DNA from: Felis catus | Taxonomy: Eukaryota | DNA: 64,000 bases | Direction of reading: 5' to 3' | Assembly: GCF_018350175.1 (NCBI RefSeq) | Contig: NC_058382.1 | Coordinates: 32,922,001-32,986,000 of the forward strand | Part shown: positions 12,888 to 23,674 of the stretch, one piece after another | Layout: every line of letters starts with the position of its first letter | How positions within the stretch are numbered: position 1 is the first letter of the stretch | Program-made: the position numbers and the translations under genes | The notes under the pieces: generated by a model | The model's input: the letters and a program-made list of their open reading frames with translations, nothing else | Database searches by the model: none | What the model was told of the DNA's origin: nothing

Positions 12888-14844
12888 GCGGTCTTGTTAT
12901 TCCTTATCTGAGAGTGACTTTATGTTACGCGGATTCCTGAAGGCTATTTGCGTGGTGAATAGAGCTGAGTTGCTAGCTCTTCCCTTTCAACAATTTAACG
13001 ATGACGTCATACTGCCTTCGGTCTCCCACAACTTTGCTGCCTTACACTCCTTGTTCTTTCGCTGTGGCTTTCCTCACCAACCCTCCTGCCGTGGTGTCTG
13101 GTCCAGAGGTAGTTGCTTTCTGTGTTTTGATGAGAGTTTCTAATTATAATTGGAAGGAGAGGGAGGCCCAACTGGACTTAGTCCCTCCTGGCTGGCACCG
13201 GAAGTCCCCGTTCTCTATTGACCGCTGGGAAAAGATACTTCACGAGGAAATGACAGCCTGATGACAGCAACGAGGACGCGGCTTCTTTTTCCCTTTACCC
13301 AGGGCACACTCACGTTCCTAATGAGCTAGTCTGTGATCTCTAAGACTCATCATTCTTTAACGTGACTCACTTCAGCCACCTTCTCTGGGTAGTGCCCAGT
13401 GCCCTTTCCTTGGCTTGCTTGCGGCACACAAGTAATCTTTCCCTGTCCCTGACACTGCAGTGGCACTACTAGAAAGCATGATGAAGATTTAGGAGAAAGG
13501 AGAAGTAAGTCATCCGCTCCACCCATGCAAGTTGGGAAAACAGAAGAACTTCTCGCTTGGACTGTTACAAGTCTTTCTGTGGGATTTGTGTCGCATCCTC
13601 CTCTTTGACTCTAGATACCAGGCAAGTAATTTTAAATGAAGCTTCTATAAATATGAACGTGGTGACAGGAAAGAATATGGCAGGGATGGACAAATGAGGA
13701 CAGGAGATGGGGAAATGGGAAGCGCCGTGAAGCAGGAACCAAGGAGGAAGTTTCGAGCACATCTTAGACCTTGTGCTCATCGGGATATTTGATCAAAATT
13801 AGAAACAATGTCTGTCGAGGTGGCCCTCCCTTCAGGTGTCAAACTGTCACCGCCAGCAGTTCCGGGGTCGTGAGGACCACAGATCATGAGGATCTGGCTG
13901 TCGATCACTGATGATCACTGACAGTCCCTGCCGGCCGCCCCGTGGTTTCTCTGGCAGTGTTAAGTATGGGCAGATTGGAAGTGGGGAAGGGAGCAGCACA
14001 AGGGTCACAATAACCCCCCGGTGAGCCGGTTCCCTCTGAACTAGAGGGTACAGTGGGCTCCAGGCACTTAGACTGGTGAGTGTTGGCAGCCAGTTTGGGC
14101 AATCACATTCCCGCGTGGACCGCTTCCACAGGTTCACACATCACTTACAACTGGGTTTGTCGCTTCTTTGTATAGTGTGATTTGGCTTTCGCTACAGACA
14201 GTGAGATGGTCTCTCCAGCACTTTCCTTTTGATCTCCAAAGGTAGACAAAATAGTCTGGGGAATTAGTGACTAGAGCCTGTGACCTTCCTTTCCTCTTTC
14301 CCTCTTTTCTCCCCTTTCTTTGTCTTTCTTTCCTTTTTTTTTTTTTTTTTTTTTTTTTTGTCTTTAACACATCCACATGTCTGTGCCTGTGAAGATTTGC
14401 TTTGTTTAGAGAAGGCGAATTATGCAATTGTTGCCACGCCCTGTGCGGGTGAGCTACTCCCACCCTAGGCTTGTTTTCTCAGTCTCTCTAAGTGATTTAG
14501 CTGGGGAATGTTCCAGGGGAAAGACAAGAAGTTCAGTAACGCCATAGTTTGTTTCCCTCAGAGTAGCTTATCTTGCTAAACTCAATGTTTCATGGGGGGC
14601 GGGGGGGGGGGGAGAAGGAGGGGAGGGGGAGGAAGGGTGGGAATGAGAAAGGGCGGGGTGTTCCTGTGGCTCTTCCAGCAGCTGGAAATGTTTGCAGTGC
14701 AGACAGCTGCCCGAAGCCTCTCTCAGTCTCTCCCAGAGTCTAATGTGGTTGTGTTGGTATTTGGGGGACGGGGAAGAGACCTATCTCCCCATATTCCCTT
14801 ACTCTTTCTATGTGCATTCTTGGCTAGTCTACAAAAACTTTGTA

Positions 14845-15370
14845 ATTTTTTTTTTTAATTGAAATTCAAGTCCGTTACCATACAGGGTAGTATTGCTTTC
14901 AGAAGTAGAACCCAGTGATTCATCACCTACACGCAATACCCAGTGGTCATCCCAACAAGTGTCCTCCTTAATGCCCGTTACCCACTTAGCCCATCCCCCC
15001 ACCCGCCTCCCCTCCAGCAACCCCCAGTTTGTTCTCTGTATTTAAGAATCTCTTATGGTGTGCCTCCCTCTCTGCTTTGATCTTATTTTGTTTTTCCTTC
15101 CCTTCCCCTACTGCGTGTTTCTTAAATTCTGTTGTGTTTCTTAAATTCCACATGTGAGTGAAATCATGCGATATCTGTCTTTCTCTGCCTGACTTATTTC
15201 ACTTAGCATAATGTACTCTGGTTCCATGCATGTTGTCGCCAATGGCAAGATTTCACCAAGTAGTATTCCATTGCACATAGATACACCACATCTTCCTTAT
15301 CCATTTGTCAGTCAATGGACATTCGGGCTCTTTCTATACTTTGGCTATCGTTGGTAACGCTACTATATAC
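14845..15370 (-). mobile_element. Carnivore L1 3' end
   Basis: Poly-T, cccagtggtcatcccaacaagtgtcctccttaatgccc, ccacatgtgagtgaaatcatg, gacttatttcacttagcataat. Confidence 0.85.
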
Positions 15371-15626
15371 ATAATGGTTTTGTCTCCGTTTCGTCTCTAA
15401 AAAATACACTGTTGGTCCGGCCCCCTGTTGACACTCTGACAGGTCCCTTCAGACTCCCAGGTATGTATGTGGCAGCAGGTAAGGTCCCACAGAAGCATGG
15501 CATTCGTGATCCAAAGCGCACCAGAGTTACCTAGTTTAGGGTCATTTCCTTTGGAGAGGTCTGATCTCTTTGAAAGATAGAAAAGAACTTTTTCATCTTG
15601 GCGTCGAATTTAGCTTCTTTATTTTT

Positions 15627-15841
15627 TTATTTTTTTTCAACGTTTATTTATTTTTGGGACAGAGAGAGACAGAGCATGAACGGGGGAGGGGCAGAGAGAG
15701 AGGGAGACAGAGAATCGGAAACAGGCTCCAGGCTCCGAGCCATCAGCCCAGAGCCTGACGCGGGGCTCGAACCCACGGACCGTGAGATCGTGACCTGCGC
15801 TGAAGTTGGATGCTTAACCGACTGCGCCACCCAGGCGCCCC
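15627..15841 (-). mobile_element. Young SINEC_Fc-type SINE
   Basis: TSD gcttctttattttt at 15613 and 15843. Confidence 0.95.
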
Positions 15842-16388
15842 TGCTTCTTTATTTTTATGAATGCACACTGAAGTCTGCCTCTGATGAGCCGGGTGTCCAG
15901 ATGAGTCAGAGTCGAAGGCTGAGACGATGGTGGTGTCTCGACATTTTTTATATTCACAATCCCGTTTTCAATACTAGGGGTTTTTTTTTTGCCAGCACTC
16001 TTGAAGGGATTGAAGGGTACTTAATGGGATTCGGAAACCACACTGGCTCAACCAGAAATCGTTGGAACGCCGTCGTGTTTACAGTTACAAAGGGGTCTCG
16101 GAATTGTCGATTTCGTCCTCCTCCAGCGTGGCGTCCCCAGCAGACCCGTGTGCCGCCGCCTCACCAGCAGTCTCTGATGTACCTGTGAGACGGAGTCCTC
16201 ACGTCCCCCACAGCACAGCTCATCTTCGTTGCTAGCTTGACAGTGTGCCATGTCATCTGCCCTTTACCTCTCACTGGTAGCAAGGCCGGTGTCTCCCCGC
16301 CGCATCTCGTGACACGCTCAGCTTAGTATGTCGTCGGCATCCATCACTCCAATACTATGCAAGCTCACTGGTGGCAGAAGCTGTATGT

Positions 16389-16460
16389 CAGGGGTCAGCA
16401 GACTTTTCCTGTAAAGAGCCAGATGGTAAATACTTTTTGCTTTGCGGGGCATATGGCCCC
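16389..16460 (-). mobile_element. MER58-type hAT-Charlie terminal fragment
   Basis: caggggtcagcagacttttcctgtaaagagccagatggtaaatac matches the reverse complement of the MER58A end as I recall it. Confidence 0.7.
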
Positions 16461-17163
16461 AAAGTTTCAGGGCAACTTGTACAACGGAACAGAAAAGTTC
16501 ATCTCATCCTACTCAGAAAGGTTTCTCTATTTACGGCCAGTCACGTCAGCTGCGCAAGCGCCCGGTCCTGACTCTCAGCGTGAGCAGAAAACCCGCATGC
16601 TGCAGCACCCCACCTTGTCGGACAGGAAGGGGCAAGCCGAGATGCTTGTTATTGTTGGCACTCGTGATTTAAAGCTGGCACTAATACCGAGAACCGGGCA
16701 GACAGGAAAGAACTCGGGATAAAGAAACGCATTCATTCCACATAATGTGAAACGGCAATAAAAGATCTACAGAAGCTTACAATAGCCAAAAACGCCGGAG
16801 TGTCAAAGAGCTGAAGTGCACACACGCTTTTCCTGTCTAATATTTCAACAAAGGACATAGTGAATGCCAGAAGAACTAAGTACCAGTTAGAAGGCCGGAC
16901 AGAAAGGGGAAAAATCACGACAGTTTTCAAAACTTTTTTACAGAATTGAAAGAATCGCCACCTACCTAAATTTTATCAGGTGGTGGTCTGTTAGGCGATG
17001 TTGTTGGTAAAACAGATAACGAGCTCATGTTGGACTATCTATAGCTGAGGAATTCGAAATCAGTCTCTCTCATCTATAAAGACAAATAACACGAGTAGCA
17101 CCAAGGGAGGGTATCAGCAAGAGGCAGACCGAGGAGACGAGAATAAAGATTCAGAGTGATCGC

Positions 17164-17367
17164 TTTTAAATCAAATGTGGGGCATCCTACAAATTAATAT
17201 TGGGCACTCTAAGGACGGACTCCAGTCTCTCAATCAGTCCTTAGACCTTACCAACATGCTTTGTTTTCATCAGCTTAGGAAATAGAGCAATAGTCAGCAG
17301 ACTACAGCCGATGGACCAAATCCAGCCTGATGCCTGTTTTGTTTAATAAAGTTTTATTGAGACACAG
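17164..17367 (+). repeat. Local direct duplication 1, copy A
   Basis: Hand alignment to 18661-18858: about 17 mismatches over the first 177 nt. Confidence 0.9.
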
Positions 17368-17415
17368 CCGTGCCCATCCATCTATGGATTGCCTATGGCT
17401 GCTTTCTCTCTACAG
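17292..17415 (+). mobile_element. MER58A-type 5' fragment
   Basis: gtcagcagactacagccgatggaccaaatccagcctgatgcctgttttgtttaataaagttttattgagacacagcc...ctatggctgctttc. Confidence 0.75.
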
Positions 17416-17879
17416 TGGTCCTTTAAATTTCCAGTTCTGGTTTGATTTGTAATGTAGTTTCTCAGAGTTCCTGTTGATTCTAAAGAACTCCTGTTGATTC
17501 TAAATCTCAGTTAATCAGGATTTGTTATACGAAATGTACCTATAGCGTATATGACACAATTAACAGAAAAAGGCCATAACCTTCTTCCTGTGCAGTCATA
17601 CAAGTCGTCCTAAATGTTTGGTGGTCCTGTATGTCTGACCATTTCCTCTTTCACGTCTCAGGTTGACTGAGCTGCTCCATTCAATCCATTATAGTATTTT
17701 CTCTCACGGAGTGTTGTCCCGTTAGGAATATCCACTTAAGCGTGAGAATTACACACTTTATTTTTGGCTCCTCAATGCAAGTATACCTAGGAGGTGCTCA
17801 GAAGAAACAGAAGGGAGGCTGCATGAGTTAAAGCTTAACTTTTTTTATTAGCACAAGCGAGCAATTGCTGGCCTCCTCT

Positions 17880-18096
17880 GTGAGCATCAGGAAGTAAAGA
17901 ACAGAGCTTTGTAAAGAGCAAATTGCGTCCGACCAATTTAATTTCCTCCTATGACAGAGTGACGGTCCAAGATGATAAAGAAGAAGGAATAGATATTATC
18001 TATATGGGCTCTAGAAAGGCTTTTGATTTCATCCAACATGACATCTTCATCAATAAATTAGGAAGGTCTGGTCCAGATCATGGTGCAGTTAGGTGA
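17880..18096 (+). mobile_element. L3/CR1 ORF2 reverse-transcriptase fossil
   Basis: 17902-18093 translates QSFVKSKLRPTNLISSYDRVTVQDDKEEGIDIIYMGSRKAFDFIQHDIFINKLGRSGPDHGAVR*, matching CR1 RT pattern QHGF...TNLISF.D.VT..D...VDI.YLDF.KAFD.V.HDIL..KL. Confidence 0.85.
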
Positions 18097-18627
18097 AAGC
18101 ACCCCCCACCCCGCCCCGCCTCCAATGGAAAGGTTTCCCTGCCAGTGGGAGCTTGTATGTCCTTCTGGGTTCAGCAGCCCCATCTCGGCATTCTCTTTGG
18201 AGGAGGAGCGCCATGCTTGGTGGGTCACCACCAGGAATACTTCTGAAAAGCAGGCAGTGTGTCAAAGTGGAGGTGAGGGTAAGTATGTCCTTAAAAGTGG
18301 TGCAGCCAGACCCAAGACAAAGGAAGATGAAGTCACCATGTAGCATAAAAACACTTGGGCAAGAGAAGGAAAGGAAATGCAAGGTAGAAACGACACCACC
18401 GTCACCACTGCAGGACACACGAAACTCTAGACTCTTAGCATTCTAGCGCTAGCAGGGCCTTCCTGTCAAACTGCCCACCTTCCTCATTTCACAGAAGGCC
18501 GACAGCCAGAGAGAAGAAGTATGGTGCTCAGGGCTACAGGGCTGGTCAGTTGCAGGACTGAGACTAGAACTGCTCATCGGTATTCTTTTTACTTTAAACA
18601 ATCACTGTTGACTTTTTTATGTATGTC

Positions 18628-18630
<3 letters not shown>

Positions 18631-18659
<29 letters not shown>
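18631..18659. repeat. (TG)14 microsatellite
   Basis: Direct reading. Confidence 0.95.
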
Positions 18660-18660
<1 letters not shown>

Positions 18661-18661
<1 letters not shown>

Positions 18662-18858
18662 TTTAAGTCAAATGTGGGATATCCTACAAATTAATAGTAG
18701 GCACTCTAAGCACTGACTACAGTCTCTCAACCAGTCCTTAAACCTTACCAACATGCTTTGTTTCCATTAGCTTAGGAAATAGAGCAGTGGTCAGCAGACT
18801 ACAGTTGATGGACCAAATCTAGCCTGATGCCTGTTTTGCTAGTTTTACTGAGACACAG
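18661..18858 (+). repeat. Local direct duplication 1, copy B
   Basis: Same alignment; bounded by (TG)n on the left and a TA/CA/TG tract on the right. Confidence 0.9.
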
Positions 18859-18867
18859 TTGGGCCTT

Positions 18868-18940
18868 ACATATGTGTATATATATATGCATACACACACA
18901 CACACACATATATATATATGTGTGTGTGTGTGTGTGTATA
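18868..18940. repeat. Compound alternating purine-pyrimidine tract with (CA)8(TA)5(TG)9 core
   Basis: Direct reading. Confidence 0.95.
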
Positions 18941-18944
18941 AATA

Positions 18945-19460
18945 ACTTTCTTGAGGCATTATTTTGCATATCATACCATTCACCCATTTCAAGCCTACAA
19001 TTCAGTGATTTTTAGAGTAAATTTGCCAAGTTGTGCACCCATCACCGTAAATCGGTTTGGAAACATTTCCACTGTGTCTCCTCGTGGCATTAAGTGTTAG
19101 CTCCTGTCACCTGCTGTCTCCCAGCCGTAGGCAACCACTACTGAGTTGTGAGTCCTAAAGTATGATTCTAGACCTAGTCTTGGAGAAAGACTTTCTGTCT
19201 CCACAGATTTGCCCTTTCTGGACGTCTCCATATATTGGAATCATACAGTATATGGTGTCACGTGTCTGGCTTCTGTCACTTAGCGTAATGTTTTTTGCAG
19301 TTCGTCCTTGCCACGGCATGGATCAGTGTTTGTCCTCTTTTGTTGCCAAACAGCCCTCCAGTGTATGGATATACTGCGTTTGGGTTATTCACCAATGGTT
19401 GGTACACGTTCAGGTTGTTTCTACTTTGGGGCCATTACGAATAATGTTGCTAATAGCGCT
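18945..19460 (-). mobile_element. Old L1 3' fragment (L1MB-like)
   Basis: ccattcacccatttcaagcctacaattcagtg; ggaatcatacagtatatgg; ctggcttctgtcacttagcgtaatg. Confidence 0.75.
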
Positions 19461-19629
19461 CACGTATTACTGCTTACGATTTAAGTTCGGTAGCTTTTCC
19501 CCCTCAAATGGAGGCTAAATTTTCCAGCAGATGTGTCTTCTTCCCTTACTCTTTCTTCCTCCAGATATGGACAGTAGAGTTCCCACAGACAGCAACCAAA
19601 GTTACTATTAATGTTCTAATAAATAGCCT

Positions 19630-19830
19630 CAGGGGGTTAAATAGTCCAGAGAAGAAAAGGCCTGTTAATCTAATAGCAGTGTTTTATTCCAGGATGGTTT
19701 ATGAGAAACTGGTAGCCAAATGCCCTCCATCTTCATGGAAAGTAAAGGAGGGGAATTGGATCTAAACCTCAGTGAAAGCCACTTCAGCTGGGCCTGAGGA
19801 GGCGTGTTTTATGTGGCGGTGGCTGCTATC
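19630..19830 (+). mobile_element. Probable L3/CR1 3' fragment
   Basis: ggggttaaatagtccagagaagaaaaggc...atagcagtgtttt resembles L3 3' sequence; colinear with the RT fossil at 17880. Confidence 0.45.
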
Positions 19831-21164
19831 AGGTTAATTTGCAATATTATAAAAACAAAGCCCATGTAATTTCCTCTGAGAGGAGCTCATGTGAATGGAT
19901 TCCAATCTGTCCGAGGCCAGATGGCCCTGTGATCCCCTAAAAGGAAGATGGTCCTTTTGTGGTGCTTTCTTCTGTGTGGTTAGGGAAGACATTCGGCCTT
20001 TGGTGTTCGCAGAGGCCACTTCATTGTGCCCACGAGACCAGTTATTGGAGTCGCTGTGTCATAAAACCCGTCGTTGGGAGTGTTCTACACAAACCACTGG
20101 GTGTGGCAGAAGGAGACATCGCTCCCATGTCCTGAACAGAGCAGTGTCCCCCAGCTACTGTTCTCTCCCTGACACTGGCTAGAACAATCATAATTCAATT
20201 CTAGAATTGCACAACTTACAAAGTAATTTCACATCTCATCTCCTTTCGACTTTATACACGAGCTTCGGCAGCTCCCGCTGAGAGGTAGACTGTCACCTGG
20301 CGGTTCAAAGCCTTTTCCAGCCTGAGTCTGTTCTGCGGATCTGCCGTTATGGCCTGTCGTGCCGGGCAAGGGACTGTCATCACGTCGGTCTGTCACTTAA
20401 AGACCACGCATCCTGTTAGCTCCTCTGTATTTTTACTACGCTGTCCCTTCACATCCGTCGTCTGTTTGAAGAACTCTGGCTTGCCCTGTAGTCAGGCCTG
20501 CACATTACCTCGTGTGTAGGTAAATGCTCTCCTTGGCAGAATTCATCGCACCCCTTTCGGGCACCCACCATGCTTGATAATACAGCACCATACCTTTCCT
20601 CGGTAGCCTACCTTCCCTGAATTTTTCTTTACTCATCGCGACTATTTTGTCTTTCAAAGGAATTCTGTGATACCTAAATACCAAAGAATACTATATGCAG
20701 ATGTAATAGTTTAGTATTAATAGTAGAAATGTGAACATAGATGTCAGGTTATAATTACAACCAGTTTTCGGGGGGCGTCCTCGATCCTTGAGCACGGCAG
20801 TCCTGATGGATTCACCTCTGGATCCTAAACACTGAGCCCACGTCCTGATACCTAACAAACGACCCTGAGTCATTAGGAAATAGGCAGAGAGATGGTATTA
20901 ACCATCATTTTGCAGATTTGAAATTGATTTCCAAAATGCTAAGCAATGTGATGGTTTAGTTATTATGTCCTGGCCACCTTTCCTAGAGTTCACTGGTAGA
21001 CCTTCCAGAGACTTCTGACGGGCTGGTGCCCTCCCTCTCTAGCTAGCATCAAAGATAGGGTCTCTCAAAGTATTGTGCGGGACTCCTCGTCATAGACTGA
21101 CTTTGGATGCTTACTGAAAAAAATCAAACCAAATCTCCCAAATGCAACAAAAGCCAGACCCAAG

Positions 21165-21920
21165 ATCAGAAATGAGAGGACAGTCTATTATCATTCGGGA
21201 AACGCACATCAAAACCGTAATGAGATGTTAGCACCTCGTACTCATTACGACTGCCGCCCGTCAGGATGGCTGGAAGGAAGGGAGGGCAGGAAGGAGTGTT
21301 GTGGAAAACAGTATGGAGGTTCTTCAAAAAATTAGACACCGACTTACCATATGACCCGACAGTTCTGCTTCTGGGTATATATTCCAAAAGAACTGAAGGC
21401 AGGAACTTGAAGAAATACGTGTCCACCCACATTCGTAGCATTATTCACAAAAGCCAAAAAGGGGAAGCAACCAAAAGGGTTGCTATCCACAGACGAGTGG
21501 ATAGACAAAATGTGTTCCGTACGTACAGTGGAATATTGTTTAGCTTTGACAAGGAAATAAATGCTGACACATGCTACCACACGGATGGACCTTGAACACA
21601 TCATGCTGGGTGAAATAAGCTAGTCCCAAAGGGACAAATCCTATGTGATTCCTCTTACACGAGGTACCCTAGAACAGTCAAGTTCATGGAGACAAAAAGT
21701 AAGAATAGTGGTTGTCGGGGCCTGGCAGGAGGTAGGAACAGGAAGTTAGTGTTTAATGGGGACAGAACTTCAGTTTGGGAAGATGAAAAGTTTTCTGGAG
21801 ATGGATGGTGGTGATGGTTGCACGATAATATGAAGGTTCCTCATGCCATGGAACTGAGCTCCTAAAAACAGGATGGTGAATTCTATGTTATATGTATTCC
21901 ACCATAGTTTTTAGAAATGT
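21165..21920 (+). mobile_element. Old L1 (L1MB-like) ORF2 C-terminus and 3' UTR
   Basis: ORF-track peptide VLWKTVWRFFKKLDTDLPYDPTVLLLGIY is the L1 ORF2 C-terminal motif; typical L1MB-like 3' UTR follows. Confidence 0.85.
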
Positions 21921-21944
21921 AATTCGAAATTTAAAAACAGGGCG

Positions 21945-22150
21945 CCAAGAGGTGTGCACTGTTTGACTCCATATATTTAAGGTACAGCAATTGACCGATG
22001 GTGTTCATCATCAGAATAGTGGTTACCCTTGGGAGGAACGAGGCTCTGGGGGTGGTAATATTCTATCTCTTGATCTGGCTGTGAAGATATGGGCGTGCAC
22101 AGTGTGTGAAATTCTCTGAGCTCTACATATGCCTGTTACACTTCAGAAAA
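21945..22150 (+). mobile_element. Ancient L1 (L1ME-like) 3' fragment
   Basis: cagaatagtggttacccttggg...ggtggtaatattctatctcttgatctgg. Confidence 0.55.
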
Positions 22151-22754
22151 GACTCCAAAAATGTACATCGTGAGCCCGACAGCAGGCTACAGAATCAGAA
22201 TCTCTGAGGATGGGACCTAGGGACCCTGCATCTTAATCCCCCTACCCTCTTCCAAGTTTTTCTTAAGAACACTGGACTTGGGGAATCTTTGCTAAAGGAG
22301 AGGGATTAGGGAACTATCCTCCCGATGATCAAGAATTCTGTTCTGCTCTAACAACAAATCTTCCTTAGGAAAGACATGCTTGACATCTTTGAGTCACTTA
22401 GCTTCTGTTGGGGAAATGCGTTGTCATCTTTCAGATGTGGAGAAGTCAATGATGTATAGAAGCATGTATTTTAATATATTACATTTTAAAATAGTATTTT
22501 TGGTAATTCGCCATGCACACAATAGCTTACGAATATTTTACTGAGGTGCTGTAAAAACTGGCAGGTGCTAGGACCTAATGGAAATCAAGTATTCAGTAGG
22601 AGGGGAGTCGTAGCACCACGGGGCGTGGTGCCCTGTTAGCAGGTACAGAAAAGCCAGTTCTTCCACCTGTAAGCTAATGAGACTCCATTTCAGCTCTCTC
22701 CACGCCATCTGCAAGGTATCAGCAGCTTTTTCACTTGCTTGGTAAACCAAAAGC

Positions 22755-23510
22755 ATGTTTCTGGCAAAGGCTTTATTGGAAGGGGCTGATCGGGGTCTTG
22801 GGGAAGCTCTTGGAGGCCTTCTTGGAGGAGGCGGTCAGCGAAGAGGAGGAGGAGGTGGAGGAGGAAGAAATATTGGCGGCATAGTTGGAGGAATTGTGAA
22901 TTTCATCAGCGAGGCTGCCGCAGCTCAGTACACCCCAGAACCCCCTCCCACTCAGCAGCATTTCACCAACGTGGAGGCCAACGAAAGTGAGGAAGTTCGT
23001 CGGTTTCGGCAACAGTTTGCACAGCTGGCTGGGCCGGACATGGAGGTGGGTGCCACCGACCTAATGAATATTCTCAACAAAGTCCTTTCTAAGCACAAGG
23101 ACCTGAAGACCGACGGCTTTAGTCTTGACACCTGCCGGAGCATCGTGTCTGTGATGGACAGTGACACGACCGGCAAGCTGGGCTTCGAAGAATTTAAGTA
23201 CCTCTGGAACAACATCAAGAAATGGCAGTGCGTTTATAAGCAGTATGACAGGGACCATTCTGGGTCTCTGGGAAGTTCTCAGCTGCGAGGGGCTCTCCAG
23301 GCAGCAGGTTTCCAGCTAAACGAGCAACTTTACCAGATGATCATCCGCCGGTACGCCGACGAGGATGGAAGCATGGATTTCAACAATTTCATCAGCTGCC
23401 TGGTCCGCCTGGATGCCATGTTCCGTGCCTTCAAGTCTCTGGATAGAGATGCAGGCGGCCTGGTTCAGGTGTCCATCCAAGAATGGCTGCAGCTGACCAT
23501 GTATTTCTGA
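22755..23510 (+). CDS. CAPNS2: Calpain small subunit 2, intronless, 251 aa, nested in the large LPCAT2 intron on the same strand
   Basis: Single ORF MFLAKALLEGADRGLGEALGG...WLQLTMYF*; Gly-rich domain V plus penta-EF-hand domain; A at -3 (aaaagcATG); in-frame TAA at 22743; nesting in LPCAT2 matches the known mammalian arrangement. Confidence 0.98.
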   Translation: MFLAKALLEGADRGLGEALGGLLGGGGQRRGGGGGGGRNIGGIVGGIVNFISEAAAAQYTPEPPPTQQHFTNVEANESEEVRRFRQQFAQLAGPDMEVGATDLMNILNKVLSKHKDLKTDGFSLDTCRSIVSVMDSDTTGKLGFEEFKYLWNNIKKWQCVYKQYDRDHSGSLGSSQLRGALQAAGFQLNEQLYQMIIRRYADEDGSMDFNNFISCLVRLDAMFRAFKSLDRDAGGLVQVSIQEWLQLTMYF

Positions 23511-23674
23511 AGCGGGCAGCGAGAAGCCAGCGCCCTCCCGGAGGACGGGACCGCCAAGAGCCTAGCCGCGCCGTCTGCACGGTGGCTGATGCCCTGCCCG
23601 ACAGCTGTCACTTCCTGCGAGCTCTTGCACCGGCCTGAATGCTTCTGAACTGGGGCGGCCCTTTAAACAGCTTC

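Noticed and set aside
15598-16188. 196-aa ORF
   Set aside because: First half is the antisense SINE translation (FWDRERQSMNGGGAERE); remainder has no recognisable protein similarity.
16389-17415. Two MER58 pieces as a single split element
   Set aside because: They are in opposite orientations, so more simply two insertions.
17469-17504. 16-bp direct repeat tcctgttgattctaaa x2
   Set aside because: Ordinary micro-duplication.
21266-21595. 109-aa ORF with WKTVWRF..LPYDP motif
   Set aside because: Decayed L1 ORF2 remnant, not a gene.
22691-22757. Possible LPCAT2 exon 11 to CAPNS2 fusion protein via AGs upstream of the CAPNS2 ATG (22715 is in frame)
   Set aside because: An in-frame TAA at 22743-22745 blocks read-through into CAPNS2.
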